Shown piece after piece: positions 8,256 through 18,243 of a stretch of 64,000 bases of DNA. This DNA is from a bacterium (lineage in GTDB: Bacteria > Bacteroidota > Ignavibacteria > UBA10030), in assembly GCA_043803945.1 (NCBI GenBank), contig JAZDJN010000087.1, positions 32,001 through 96,000 on the forward strand. Reading direction: 5' to 3'. The notes under the pieces were generated by a model that worked only from the letters and a program-made list of their open reading frames with translations, searched no databases and was not told the origin of the DNA. The translations under genes and the position numbers were made by a program. Position 1 is the first letter of the stretch, and the number at the start of each line of letters is the position of its first letter.

Positions 8256-10166
8256 TCAAGAGAGAATTCCCGCCATGCATTTGTTGATTACGTCCAGCAA
8301 TGTTTCTGGCCGGTAAGGCTTTTGGATAAAACCTACGAGGCCGAGTTTTTTAATCTTCTCGCTGATTGATATTTCAGAATATCCGGAGGAAAGAATGACT
8401 TTAACATCTGGTTTGATATTCTTTAGCTTCCTGAATGTCTCCTCGCCGCTCATACCCGGCATAGAGAGATCGAGAACTACCAAACTAATTTGGTCTTTAT
8501 TGGTTTCAAAAATTTTTATCGCGGTATCACCATCGCCGGTTGAAATCGTTTGAACACCCTCATTGGCAAGAATATCACAGGCGACTTCCCGAACGTACTC
8601 TTCATCATCGATCACCATGATACATCCGGGAAGATTTTTAAGATTGATCAAATCATTTGCTGTATGTGTGATGGTTGCACCTCCCGAAGGCAAGGCAACC
8701 CTGAACATGGTGCCTTTCTCCAGTTCACTTTCTACCTGCAATCCCCCCCGATGGCCTTTGATGATCCCAACGACTGCTGAAAGCCCCAATCCTCGCCCAG
8801 TCAATTTGGTGGTAAAGAAAGGATCGAAGATTTTATCCAAAGTGGCTGGTGACATTCCACAGCCATCGTCACGCACTTCGAGAAGGACATAATCACCTGC
8901 ATCGACTTCCAGACCAGTACGCTGCCAGACGAGAGCATCACTTCGGGAGATGGAAATCTGGTCAGTCGCGACAGTAATTGATCCGTTGCGAGAACTTATA
9001 GCCTCTCCGGCATTGATGATCAGGTTCATTATCAATTGCTGCATCTGACTTGCATCTGCTTTAATAACAGGGAGATCTTCCTTAAAGCGAGTAACAATGC
9101 TTACATTTTTTGGAATTGATACTTCGAGGAGATGCAGGTTTTCCTGAATCAACATATTTATTTGCAGAGGTTTAATTTCAAACCTCCCTTTGCCTGAATA
9201 TGCCAGAAGCTGCTGTGTGAGTGAGGAGGCTTTTAATGCAGCATTTTCCGCCTTTTTTATGTAGGAATATGCAGGATGCAGGCAGCCAATTTTTCCCGAT
9301 GTGAGAGAGATCTGACCAAGGATTGCTTGCAGTAAGTTATTGAAGTCGTGAGCAATACCTCCAGCCAATACACCCAGGCTTTCCATCTTTTGCGCCTGCC
9401 GTACAGCTTCCTCAACTCGTTTCCGATCGCTGATGTCACGGACGACACAAATTAATCCGCCGGTCTGAACCTTCGTGAGCGACACTTCCTGAAAGAAAGT
9501 TGATCCATCCTTCTTTCTCCCTGTCGCTTCGCCATGCCACTTTCCATTCTCCCACAGCTTCGGCATGATATCGTGTTGAAAACGCTCCCGTTCCTTTTCC
9601 TCATAAAGGATTTCCCATGACTTGCCGAGAAGTTCTTCCGGTTCGTCGTAGCCATAGATTTTGGCGTGAGCGTCATTGAGATAGCAGTATTGCTCATGGC
9701 TGTCGAGAATTGCCATCCCATCCATTGAAGAGTTCATTGCCGCCGATTGGAGGCGTAACTGTTCCTCTGCGAAGCGCTGGTTCCGGCGAGTCTCCGCATC
9801 GGCAAGTTCTCTGCTGACCGCTCTCCCCAGCCGTTCAGGCTTATTCTTCAGAACATAATTATCCGCTCCTGAGGTGAGCATTTCTACAGCGATGTCTTCT
9901 CCAACACTCCCTGTGACCAGAATAAACGGAATATCCCGTTTATGTTCCTTGAATATCCGTAATGCTTCAGGCCCGGTAAATCGGGGAAGCTGATAGTCCG
10001 AGATGACGAGATCCCATTGCTCTGACAGGAGAGCGTTGCGGAATTGATCGGCCGTTTCGACTCGACGGTACGAAGGAGACCAGCCCTCCTTTCGAAGGGC
10101 TTCGAGGAGGAGGATAGTATCTTCCTCACTATCCTCCACGAAAAGTAACCGGAGTGGTTTTTCCAA
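8256..10166 (-). CDS. Hybrid sensor histidine kinase/response regulator (REC-PAS-HisKA-HATPase-REC)
   Basis: LLFVEDS...ISDYQLP receiver; PAS ending RDISDRK; GGIAHDFNN H-box; NLIINA, DDGCGM, FDPFFTTK and GRGLGL boxes; C-terminal IDDE...LDLSMP...QKP receiver. Confidence 0.95.
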   Translation of the reverse strand: MEKPLRLLFVEDSEEDTILLLEALRKEGWSPSYRRVETADQFRNALLSEQWDLVISDYQLPRFTGPEALRIFKEHKRDIPFILVTGSVGEDIAVEMLTSGADNYVLKNKPERLGRAVSRELADAETRRNQRFAEEQLRLQSAAMNSSMDGMAILDSHEQYCYLNDAHAKIYGYDEPEELLGKSWEILYEEKERERFQHDIMPKLWENGKWHGEATGRKKDGSTFFQEVSLTKVQTGGLICVVRDISDRKRVEEAVRQAQKMESLGVLAGGIAHDFNNLLQAILGQISLTSGKIGCLHPAYSYIKKAENAALKASSLTQQLLAYSGKGRFEIKPLQINMLIQENLHLLEVSIPKNVSIVTRFKEDLPVIKADASQMQQLIMNLIINAGEAISSRNGSITVATDQISISRSDALVWQRTGLEVDAGDYVLLEVRDDGCGMSPATLDKIFDPFFTTKLTGRGLGLSAVVGIIKGHRGGLQVESELEKGTMFRVALPSGGATITHTANDLINLKNLPGCIMVIDDEEYVREVACDILANEGVQTISTGDGDTAIKIFETNKDQISLVVLDLSMPGMSGEETFRKLKNIKPDVKVILSSGYSEISISEKIKKLGLVGFIQKPYRPETLLDVINKCMAGILS

Positions 10167-10185
10167 GTGTTCCTTCCTGAGATTA

Positions 10186-10204
10186 TGTCATAACCGCTAT
10201 GACA
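10186..10204. promoter_or_regulatory. Palindromic operator-like site upstream of the hybrid kinase
   Basis: TGTCATA-N5-TATGACA is a perfect 7-bp inverted repeat 20 nt upstream of the start codon. Confidence 0.35.
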
Positions 10205-10256
10205 ATCTTTTTATAATACATTAAAAATCAGAGGCAAGTTAAAAACATGAATAATC

Positions 10257-10293
10257 AGAAGGCGACCAGGTACCCTATTCCTGGCCGCCTTCT
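10257..10293 (-). terminator. Probable intrinsic terminator of the VPS10-domain gene
   Basis: AGAAGGCGACCAGG / CCTGGCCGCCTTCT stem about 37 nt downstream of the stop; the U-tract is weak. Confidence 0.6.
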
Positions 10294-10329
10294 TTGATCA
10301 CTTCAGCCACCGGTTAAAACGGCTATTCT

Positions 10330-13056
10330 TTAGCGCAGAGACCACTCGTCTTGAAGGATTGCACCCTCGCACATCAAAGTAATTTTTCCAGCACTAAGTG
10401 TAATCGTCACTACGCCTTCTGGCATCGACTCAGAAATGAAGTTTGGATCCACTGAGGACCTTCCCCCAAATTCTCTTCCCCTTCTCGCATTGTCCTGGGC
10501 GGTAGTTTTCTCTTCTTCCGTCCGCGCTCGTACTCTTCGCATATCCCAGGTTACTTTTTGTATGCCAGCTTCTCCCGATCCTTTGATTTCTCTTAAGACG
10601 GTTGAACCTCTCAGGATTGAAATTTTTACTGAGTCTGTGGACTTAGTTTTGAGAAAGTAATAAATCTCCATCGCTTGAGCTTCACTCTTGCCGGGATAAT
10701 TCTGGCTGCTTGATGCCTGATTCAATCCAGTTGCCCATCGAACAAATGGTTTTGGTTCGAAAAGATGAGCATCTTTGGCCATCACGTCAACTGAGAACTC
10801 TTCCAGTATTTTAATATTGGCAATAAAGAAGCCGCGTCCATGGGTTCCGACAATCAGGTCTCCTTCCCTTGGATGAATCTGCAAATCATGAACAGCCTGG
10901 GTCGGCATATTGCCTTTGAAGGACTGCCACTGCTTGCCGCCATCAAGAGAAACGTAAACACCTGCATCAGTTCCAACAAAAAGAAGATTCGGATTCTTCA
11001 CATCTTCCCGAATCACATTGACGGCATAATCCGGAAGATTCGATGCAATCGATGTCCAGGTTTTTCCATAGTCTGTTGTCTTATAAATATATGCTTTAAA
11101 ATCATCATTGCGGAGTCCAGTGAATGAGGCATAAGCGGTCGAGGGAGATGAGTGTGATGCAGCAACACGGCTCACCCAATATCCCTGATTTCCCGGAATG
11201 GCTGTACTCACGTTATTCCATTTCTTGCCGCCATCCGTGGTCACTTGCACATTGCCATCATCCGTGCCGACCCAGAGGATTCTTGCATCAATCGGCGACT
11301 CATCAAATGTCGAGATCGTACAGAATTGAATATTCCCATCCCCACCCTTTCCATTGGTCAGTTTAGTCGTATCATTCGTCGTCAAGTCAGGGCTTGCTTC
11401 CGTCCATGACTCTCCACGATTTGTAGATCTCAGTACAACATTTGCAGCATGATAGACGACATCAGAATTATGCTTTGAGACGAAAATTGGTGCACACCAA
11501 TTATACCGGAGTTTATTATTTCCGCGATACCCGATGTTCTTCGGTTCGCCCGATACCAAATCGACTCTCTGGATTGAACCAAACTGCGATTCATTGTATA
11601 GGTAACGATTGTTCTTTGTATCGAAGGCATTGTACATACCATCACCACCGCCCACAGACGACCAATCTTCGAGACGAATTGGTCCGCCGCCGCGCTTTGT
11701 ACTCGGTCCAAGCAGCGATCCGTTATCCTGTAAACCGGCAGCAACGCGATAAGGGCGCGACATATCATAGCCGATAGAATAAATTTGCGCGAGAGGAAGG
11801 TTATCAGGATGATACCAATTTTTGCCGCAATCGTAGCTCACTCCCATTCCATGGTCAAAGCCGAGGAGGATGTGATTGGAATTTTGCGGATCGATCCAGA
11901 GGCCATGATCGTCACCGCCAAAATTAAATGCACGGGTATTCCAGTTCTTGCCGCCGTCTCTCGTTACCATCGTCGATACACTCAATATGTAGACCACATT
12001 CTCATCATTCGGATCGATTCTGATCTGTCCATAAAAATATGCCGGTGCACCGCCGATACTTCGTCCATCAGGACTTATTTTCTTCCAGGTCTCTCCTTCA
12101 TCATCCGAGTGATAAATCTCTCCGCCGATCATTCCGCTGCTCGATTTTCCCGCCTCTACTTCCTTCTCCCGTTGTTCGAGCGAGACATCTTTCTTATTAC
12201 AATTCTCTACGGTTGTATAGAGTATTTTCGGATTCTTCTGGGACACATCGATGCCTATTCTTCCCAGAACACCAGCAGGTAATCCTCCCGCCAATTTCTT
12301 CCAGGTCTTTCCCGCATCAATCGATTTATAAATACCACTGCCGATTCCTCCAATATTATAGGTCCACGTTTTGCGGAGACGATCGTAGGATGCCGCATAG
12401 AGGATATCGGGATTGCGTGGATCCATGACAACATCCGTTACACCAATTGCTTTGCCTTTCGACTCTACCTTAAGAACAAGGGTCCAGGTTTTTCCCCCGT
12501 CTATCGTTTTAAACAATCCACGTTCGGGATTCTCCGAAAAGAGATGTCCCATCGCCGCGACATAGACAATATCCGGATTTGTAGGATGAATAATAATTCG
12601 CGGGATATGATGTGATTCCTTGAGACCCATGTTGGTCCAGGTTTTACCAGCATCCGTCGATTTGTAGACTCCGTTCCCATAGTACGAGCTGCGTAAATTA
12701 TTTGATTCTCCCGTACCAACCCACAGAATGTTTTGATCTGAAGGAGCTATGGCAACATCACCAATTGAGGGCACACTTTCATAGGCAAAGAGTGGTTCAA
12801 AGGAAATTCCATTATTGGTCGTTTTCCATAATCCACCAGTTGCAGTAGCTGCGTAGAATGTGGTCGATTGCTGATGCGAGACGGCAAAGTCCACAAATCG
12901 CCCGCTCTGGCGTGTCGGACCAATGTCTCGATAGGTGACATTCTTTAAAAATTGTGGATCGAGAGTCTGGGCCACACTCTGCATTGCCCCCGTTAGAATG
13001 ACAATTAGTATGAGTGAGATGAAAATTACACGAACGCTTGCATGACTCGTATTCAT
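10330..13056 (-). CDS. VPS10/sortilin-like BNR-repeat beta-propeller protein (putative glycosyl hydrolase)
   Basis: 908 aa; signal peptide; YRDIGP...SGRFVD start; many Asp-box repeats (KSTDAGKTW, KTIDGGKTW, VSLDGGKQW); GLQDNGS and GTHGRG motifs. Confidence 0.9.
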   Translation of the reverse strand: MNTSHASVRVIFISLILIVILTGAMQSVAQTLDPQFLKNVTYRDIGPTRQSGRFVDFAVSHQQSTTFYAATATGGLWKTTNNGISFEPLFAYESVPSIGDVAIAPSDQNILWVGTGESNNLRSSYYGNGVYKSTDAGKTWTNMGLKESHHIPRIIIHPTNPDIVYVAAMGHLFSENPERGLFKTIDGGKTWTLVLKVESKGKAIGVTDVVMDPRNPDILYAASYDRLRKTWTYNIGGIGSGIYKSIDAGKTWKKLAGGLPAGVLGRIGIDVSQKNPKILYTTVENCNKKDVSLEQREKEVEAGKSSSGMIGGEIYHSDDEGETWKKISPDGRSIGGAPAYFYGQIRIDPNDENVVYILSVSTMVTRDGGKNWNTRAFNFGGDDHGLWIDPQNSNHILLGFDHGMGVSYDCGKNWYHPDNLPLAQIYSIGYDMSRPYRVAAGLQDNGSLLGPSTKRGGGPIRLEDWSSVGGGDGMYNAFDTKNNRYLYNESQFGSIQRVDLVSGEPKNIGYRGNNKLRYNWCAPIFVSKHNSDVVYHAANVVLRSTNRGESWTEASPDLTTNDTTKLTNGKGGDGNIQFCTISTFDESPIDARILWVGTDDGNVQVTTDGGKKWNNVSTAIPGNQGYWVSRVAASHSSPSTAYASFTGLRNDDFKAYIYKTTDYGKTWTSIASNLPDYAVNVIREDVKNPNLLFVGTDAGVYVSLDGGKQWQSFKGNMPTQAVHDLQIHPREGDLIVGTHGRGFFIANIKILEEFSVDVMAKDAHLFEPKPFVRWATGLNQASSSQNYPGKSEAQAMEIYYFLKTKSTDSVKISILRGSTVLREIKGSGEAGIQKVTWDMRRVRARTEEEKTTAQDNARRGREFGGRSSVDPNFISESMPEGVVTITLSAGKITLMCEGAILQDEWSLR

Positions 13057-13254
13057 CGTTCCTCCTTCATGAGTTGATGGATTGAGTAAGAAGTTGGTGC
13101 TTTGTTGTAAGTAAGAACCAATAAGCTGGATGGAATAAAAACGGATAAAGATAAAAAAGGTTCTGTCTCATTCAAGTTCAATCGCTCCCCAGAGGAGAGA
13201 GCGAAGGCCTTTCAGGAATATAGGGACCCGGTTGAAAAGTATAGGAAATAATTT

Positions 13255-13426
13255 AACCACTAAGGACACGAAGGAAGAGCTGTAAAAATGATAAAATTTC
13301 AAATCAATTTAATTTCATTTTATACTTTGTGTTCTTTCCCGCCTGCCGGCAGGCAGGGTGTCCTTCTCAGCCAGAAGCTGATCCGCCAAACAGACGGCGG
13401 ACAGGTGCACCGTTGGCGCAGCGGTT
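13255..13426. mobile_element. MITE-like inverted-repeat element whose right arm carries nested palindromic mini-insertions
   Basis: Left arm AACCACTAAGGACACGAAGG (13255-13274). The right arm is restored to CTTTCGTGTCCTTAGCGGTT (18/20 match to the reverse complement) only after removing 13339-13357 and 13366-13419. Confidence 0.65.
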
Positions 13427-13471
13427 GGACTTTTCGTCCGCGCCTCTAGTAGAGAGGGAACATTCCTATTT

Positions 13472-13499
13472 TTGAATTTGTTGAAGTTCTTAGTATATT
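13472..13499 (+). promoter_or_regulatory. Candidate sigma70 promoter of pdhABC
   Basis: TTGAAT-N16-TATATT, ending 45 nt upstream of the pdhA ATG. Confidence 0.35.
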
Positions 13500-13544
13500 C
13501 AATCAAATTTTTTTGAGGATCTCTCCTCATAATAACTGAACTTT

Positions 13545-14576
13545 ATGACAAAAGTAAAATCGCAAAGCAAGGAAAAAGCAGATTCTCTTCTTGTCGATTT
13601 ACCAAAAGAGACATTACTTGATTGGTATGAAGATATGCTGCTGGGTCGTCGTTTTGAAGAGAAATGTGCGCAATTCTATGGCATGGGTAGAATTATGGGA
13701 TTTTGCCATCTCTACATCGGCCAGGAGGCAGTATCGACGGGAGCCATTCGCGGGACGCTGACAAAGGACGATTATGTCATCACAGCCTATCGTGATCATG
13801 TTCAGGCTATCTCAAAGGGAGTTGATCCAAAGGCGATCCTTGCGGAGCTGCTGGGGAAATATACCGGTACAACAAAAGGTAAGGGCGGGTCGATGCATAT
13901 CTTCGACCGTGAGAAGAATTTCCTTGGTGGTCATGCCATTGTCGGGGGACACTTACCCATCGCTGCCGGTGCAGCATTTGCCAGCAAATACCGCGGTGAG
14001 AAACGGGTTTGTCTTTGTTTCCTCGGTGACGGCGCAACAAACATTGGAACTTTTCATGAGAGCCTGAACCTCGCCAGCCTGTGGAAGATACCCGTCATCT
14101 ATATTATCGAAAATAATCGTTACGGAATGGGAACCTCCGTAACCCGCTCTTCAGCCATCGAAGAATTGCACCAGAAAGCTGTTGCCTACAATATGCGAAA
14201 TGACGTTTGCGATGGCAAAAACGTTCTCGATGTGTATCGTGTTGTGAAAGCGGCCGTCGATCATGCGCGGGAAACCTGCGAACCAAGTTTAATCGAAGCA
14301 CAGACATATCGCTTCCGTGGACATTCGATGTCTGATCCGATCCATGGTCACTACCGGTCCAAAGAAGAAGTTGAAGATTATAAGAAATCCGATCCAATAG
14401 AATCATTTGCAGAACTGCTGAAGAGCAAGGATTTGATCGACGCCCAATACCTGGAAGATGCTGAAAAGCGAGTAAAAATAATCGTTCAAGAGTGCGTGGA
14501 GTTCGCAGAGAATAGCCCGGAGCCTCCACTCGAAGAGCTCTGGCGAGATGTTACCATTGAACCATCCGGAGAATAA
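13545..14576 (+). CDS. pdhA: Pyruvate dehydrogenase E1 alpha subunit
   Basis: GFCHLYIGQEA, YRDH, GKGGSMH, GDGA...NN TPP-binding motif and YRFRGHSMSDP. Confidence 0.97.
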   Translation: MTKVKSQSKEKADSLLVDLPKETLLDWYEDMLLGRRFEEKCAQFYGMGRIMGFCHLYIGQEAVSTGAIRGTLTKDDYVITAYRDHVQAISKGVDPKAILAELLGKYTGTTKGKGGSMHIFDREKNFLGGHAIVGGHLPIAAGAAFASKYRGEKRVCLCFLGDGATNIGTFHESLNLASLWKIPVIYIIENNRYGMGTSVTRSSAIEELHQKAVAYNMRNDVCDGKNVLDVYRVVKAAVDHARETCEPSLIEAQTYRFRGHSMSDPIHGHYRSKEEVEDYKKSDPIESFAELLKSKDLIDAQYLEDAEKRVKIIVQECVEFAENSPEPPLEELWRDVTIEPSGE

Positions 14577-14579
14577 TGG

Positions 14580-15563
14580 ATGCCAACAGTAAGTTTGCGT
14601 GAAGCCATTAACCAGGCAATCGATGAAGAGATGGCCCGTGATGAGCGAGTGTTTCTCATGGGAGAAGAAGTTGCACAGTACAATGGTGCTTACAAGGTCA
14701 GTCAAGGCCTTCTTGCCAAGTGGGGACCAAAGCGCGTACTTGATACGCCGATTGCTGAGGCAGGATTTGCCGGATTAGGCATCGGTGCAGCGATGGCAGG
14801 CCTGCGGCCCATTGTTGAGTTTATGACCTGGAATTTTTCCCTCGTCGCCTATGATCAAATTGTGAACCATGCCGCCAAGATGCTCTCCATGTCCGGCGGT
14901 CATTTTAATGTACCGATGGTGTTCCGGGGACCCGGCGGTGCCGCCCATGGTCTTGCCGCAACACACTCTCAATCGCTTGAAGCATTGTATGCACATATTC
15001 CCGGTTTAAAAGTTGTGATGCCATCGACATGCAAAGACGCCAAAGGATTATTGAAATCTGCAATCCGGGACGACAATCCGATTGTCTTCATTGAGAGCGA
15101 AGTAATGTATGGAGATAAAGGAGAAATTCCTGAAGGTGAATACACAATTCCAATAGGTGTCGGTGAGGTTAAGCGGGAAGGAACGGATGTGACGATTGTT
15201 TCATGGTCAAAAATTCTTGCCCATGTAGTTTGGAAAGCGGTCGAGCAGTTGGAACAGGATGGAATTAGTGTTGAAGTCATCGATCCTCGCACTATTAAAC
15301 CGATGGATTACGATCTTATTGTCAATTCCGTCAGGAAAACAAACCGCCTGGTGATTGTTGAAGAGGGCTGGCCGTTTGGAGGCGTCGGTGCACAGATTTC
15401 GCACGAAGTTGCTTCCCGTGCATTCGATGATCTTGATTCACCTGTTGTTCGTGTCACACAGCAGGATGTCCCTCTGCCCTATAACCATACACTCGAAAAA
15501 GCATCTCTCCCAAGCATCGAAAATGTGAAACGTGCAGTGAAGAGCGTTTTATACCTCGATTGA
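14580..15563 (+). CDS. pdhB: Pyruvate dehydrogenase E1 beta subunit
   Basis: GEEVAQYNGAYKVSQGL, DTPIAEAGFAG, EFMTWNFS, FRGPGG and HSQ motifs. Confidence 0.97.
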   Translation: MPTVSLREAINQAIDEEMARDERVFLMGEEVAQYNGAYKVSQGLLAKWGPKRVLDTPIAEAGFAGLGIGAAMAGLRPIVEFMTWNFSLVAYDQIVNHAAKMLSMSGGHFNVPMVFRGPGGAAHGLAATHSQSLEALYAHIPGLKVVMPSTCKDAKGLLKSAIRDDNPIVFIESEVMYGDKGEIPEGEYTIPIGVGEVKREGTDVTIVSWSKILAHVVWKAVEQLEQDGISVEVIDPRTIKPMDYDLIVNSVRKTNRLVIVEEGWPFGGVGAQISHEVASRAFDDLDSPVVRVTQQDVPLPYNHTLEKASLPSIENVKRAVKSVLYLD

Positions 15564-15578
15564 GGAAGGACTAGACGC

Positions 15579-16802
15579 ATGGCGACAAAGATTCTAATGC
15601 CCAAGCTGAGCGATACCATGGAGGAAGGTGTAATTCTGAAGTGGCTGAAACAAGAGGGCGAAAAAGTAAAGCAGGGCGAAATTCTCGTTGAAATAGAATC
15701 CGACAAAGCCGACATGGAGCTTGAGGCATATGACTCAGGTGTTCTCAAGAAAATCGTCGTCCAAAATGGCGGCAAAGCTCCTATCGGTGCACTTATCGGC
15801 GTAATTGCTGAAGCTGATGAAGATATTTACTCTCTTCTCAATCAGCAGCCTTCCGCTGGAACCGTAATACATTCCACACCTCCGGCATCCGAAACTGCTG
15901 CACAGACTGTGAGCGGTGTGTTTATACCCGAAGCTGCTTCTGAATCCAGTCGTGTGAAGGCCTCCCCGCTTGCGAAACGGCTGGCTCGTGAAAAGAACAT
16001 CCCCTTGAGTGCATTGCAAGGATCTGGTCCGCATGGAAGAGTTATCAAGCGGGACATTGAACAGTATACTCCCATACCACAGACGAAACCTTCAACTCCT
16101 ATGGCGCCAATACTCTCCGGAGCCACAAAAGAGGTTGAGCTCTCTTCAATTCGGAAAACCATTGCAAAGCGGATGGCCGAGAGCAAAGCAACGGCACCAC
16201 ACTTCTATGTGACCATTGAAGTTGATATGGAACCAGCCATCGCTTTTCGCGAACAGATTAACTCCATCAGCACATCCAAGATCAGCTTCACGGATATCAT
16301 CATTAAGGCATCCGCATTCGCATTGATGCTTCATCCCAACATCAATGCGACTTACGCGGGGAACTCGATGCGGCAGTACGGTTACGCTCATATTGGTGTT
16401 GCCGTCGCTTTGGAAGAGGGTCTTGTCACCCCGATCCTTCGAAATTGTGAACAGAAAAGTATCAGCCAGATTAATGGAGAGTTCAAAGATCTTGTCGGCC
16501 GTGCTCGTTCACGCAAATTAAAACCCGAAGAATACCTTGGTGCAACTTTCACCATCAGTAATCTTGGAATGTTCGGTGTGGAAGATTTTGTTGCGATTAT
16601 CAATCCGCCTGAAGGTGCGATACTCGCTATTGGTGCAATTCTTGAAAAACCCGTTGTGAAGAAGGGACAGTTCGCAATCGGCCACACGATGAAGATTACG
16701 CTCTCTTCTGATCACCGGATTATCGACGGTGTTGTTGCTGCAAAATTCTTGCAAGATCTCAAAAAGCTTTTGGAAAATCCGAACGCTTTGGTTTCATTCT
16801 GA
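15579..16802 (+). CDS. pdhC: Dihydrolipoamide acetyltransferase (E2) with a single lipoyl domain
   Basis: MPKLSDTMEEG...ESDKA lipoyl site; ASPLAKRLA...GSGPHGRV subunit-binding domain; FTISNLGMFG and DHRIIDG catalytic motifs. Confidence 0.96.
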   Translation: MATKILMPKLSDTMEEGVILKWLKQEGEKVKQGEILVEIESDKADMELEAYDSGVLKKIVVQNGGKAPIGALIGVIAEADEDIYSLLNQQPSAGTVIHSTPPASETAAQTVSGVFIPEAASESSRVKASPLAKRLAREKNIPLSALQGSGPHGRVIKRDIEQYTPIPQTKPSTPMAPILSGATKEVELSSIRKTIAKRMAESKATAPHFYVTIEVDMEPAIAFREQINSISTSKISFTDIIIKASAFALMLHPNINATYAGNSMRQYGYAHIGVAVALEEGLVTPILRNCEQKSISQINGEFKDLVGRARSRKLKPEEYLGATFTISNLGMFGVEDFVAIINPPEGAILAIGAILEKPVVKKGQFAIGHTMKITLSSDHRIIDGVVAAKFLQDLKKLLENPNALVSF

Positions 16803-16830
16803 GGCGGTCTTTTGTAACGCTCTCAATCCC

Positions 16831-16862
16831 GAACCCGACGCTTGTTGTCGGGTTCTTATTTT
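16831..16862 (+). terminator. Intrinsic terminator after pdhC
   Basis: GAACCCGAC / GTCGGGTTC stem followed by TTATTTT. Confidence 0.7.
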
Positions 16863-16874
16863 ATTCAATCCATA

Positions 16875-17501
16875 ATGTTTGCAAACCTACGAAAACTGTC
16901 CAAAGAGGAATTTACCGGCACGTCGCTTTCATTCACCGCATTTTGCATTGCCCTGAACCTCACCGCCGGACAATTAACAACTGCGTTGAAAATTCCTATG
17001 TATCTGGACTCCATCGGGACAGTGCTTGCGGCGGTCCTCATAGGGCCGCTCTCCGCTATTCTCGCCGGCAGCCTTGCCAATCTCCTCGCTGCAGCCTTCG
17101 GCAATCCATCAAACGTCCTGTTTATTCCAGTGGTTGTCATCATCGGTGCTTTTAGCGGATTTGTTGCACGCCTGGGCTGGTTTAAACATTGGTACCTTGT
17201 GGTGCTTGGCGGCATCCTCCAGGGTATTTTGGCTGCCCTCGCATCGGCACCGATATCGGCATATCTCTTTAGCGGCGTGATGATGTCAGGCATGGATTTT
17301 CTTGTCCTCTATTTTCGAGCGATGGGAAATTCCCTGCTCCAGAGTGTCTTCCTCCAGGGACTCGCATCAGATCCGGTCGATAAACTTGTAACCTACACGA
17401 TTGTGTTTCTCCTCGTACGTAATTTACCGTTTCGGTTAATTTCTCGTTTTCGCGGCGCACGAAATATTCAACCCACACCCCCACTCACCAATGAAACCTG
17501 A
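16875..17501 (+). CDS. ECF transporter substrate-binding (S) component
   Basis: About 208 aa, highly hydrophobic, with ALN...LKIPMYLDSIGTVLAAVLIGP and DPVDK motifs. The ATG at 16875 is preferred because the track start at 16842 lies inside the terminator. Confidence 0.85.
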   Translation: MFANLRKLSKEEFTGTSLSFTAFCIALNLTAGQLTTALKIPMYLDSIGTVLAAVLIGPLSAILAGSLANLLAAAFGNPSNVLFIPVVVIIGAFSGFVARLGWFKHWYLVVLGGILQGILAALASAPISAYLFSGVMMSGMDFLVLYFRAMGNSLLQSVFLQGLASDPVDKLVTYTIVFLLVRNLPFRLISRFRGARNIQPTPPLTNET

Positions 17502-18243
17502 TACTTCAGCAAAATTCTTTTTTACTCTTCTCATCGCCACGTGCGGTTTTCTGTTTCCCTGGTTTGTTAACGGCATTCTTCTTCTCATTCTTATCCTCAT
17601 TCGTTTCACAACAAAGAGTTTTCAACCAGATTCATCTCATCATCACCTCTCCTTTGGAAAACTCCTGCTGACTGCCGCCGGACTCACGGTGTTGATGACC
17701 GTCATCAACGGATTACTTATGAGAAACGGAAGTCCGCTTTTGACAATCGCTGGCATCTCACTCTATGTCGATGGCATCGAGTTCGGGTTGACTACCAGTT
17801 TTCGCCTTATTCTCCTGATGATAGCGCTCTATCTCTTTTTTTCTTCAACATCGATGCCTTCCTTGATCGAGTTTCTCTCGAATCTCGGCGTTCCACGTTC
17901 CATTCTGTTGCTGAGCCTTCTAACATTGCACTGGATAGAAACGCTGCAAGCTCGGATAAAACAGATATTTATTGCACAGGAAGCCCGAGGGGCTGCTGTT
18001 AGGGGATCATTCGTCCGGCGGATATATTGCGTGATTACCTTACTTTCTCCTCTCGTCCTTTCGTCTATTGTTGAAAGCCTCGATCGTGGTGTGGCGCTCG
18101 AGCTGCGAGGCTTTTCACTTGAGAATCAAGGTCCTCGTCAACGAATATCGTTCTTTCAATTACTTTCTCTTGAAGCGCGTGTTTTTTTATCACTGAACCT
18201 CTTCATTCTTTTGCTGTGGATATTCCTATGGCTGCTGCTGTAG
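17491..18243 (+). CDS. ecfT: ECF transporter transmembrane (T) component
   Basis: Membrane protein with the two conserved X-R-G motifs (AQEARG, ALELRGF). Confidence 0.88.
   Translation: MKPDTSAKFFFTLLIATCGFLFPWFVNGILLLILILIRFTTKSFQPDSSHHHLSFGKLLLTAAGLTVLMTVINGLLMRNGSPLLTIAGISLYVDGIEFGLTTSFRLILLMIALYLFFSSTSMPSLIEFLSNLGVPRSILLLSLLTLHWIETLQARIKQIFIAQEARGAAVRGSFVRRIYCVITLLSPLVLSSIVESLDRGVALELRGFSLENQGPRQRISFFQLLSLEARVFLSLNLFILLLWIFLWLLL

Noticed and set aside
13315-13530. 71-aa minus-strand ORF
   Set aside because: It is a chance reading through the palindromic mini-elements and the pdh promoter region.
13545-16802. Absence of the E3 gene (lpdA) from the pdh cluster
   Set aside because: E3 is shared between complexes and is often encoded elsewhere, so this is not unusual.
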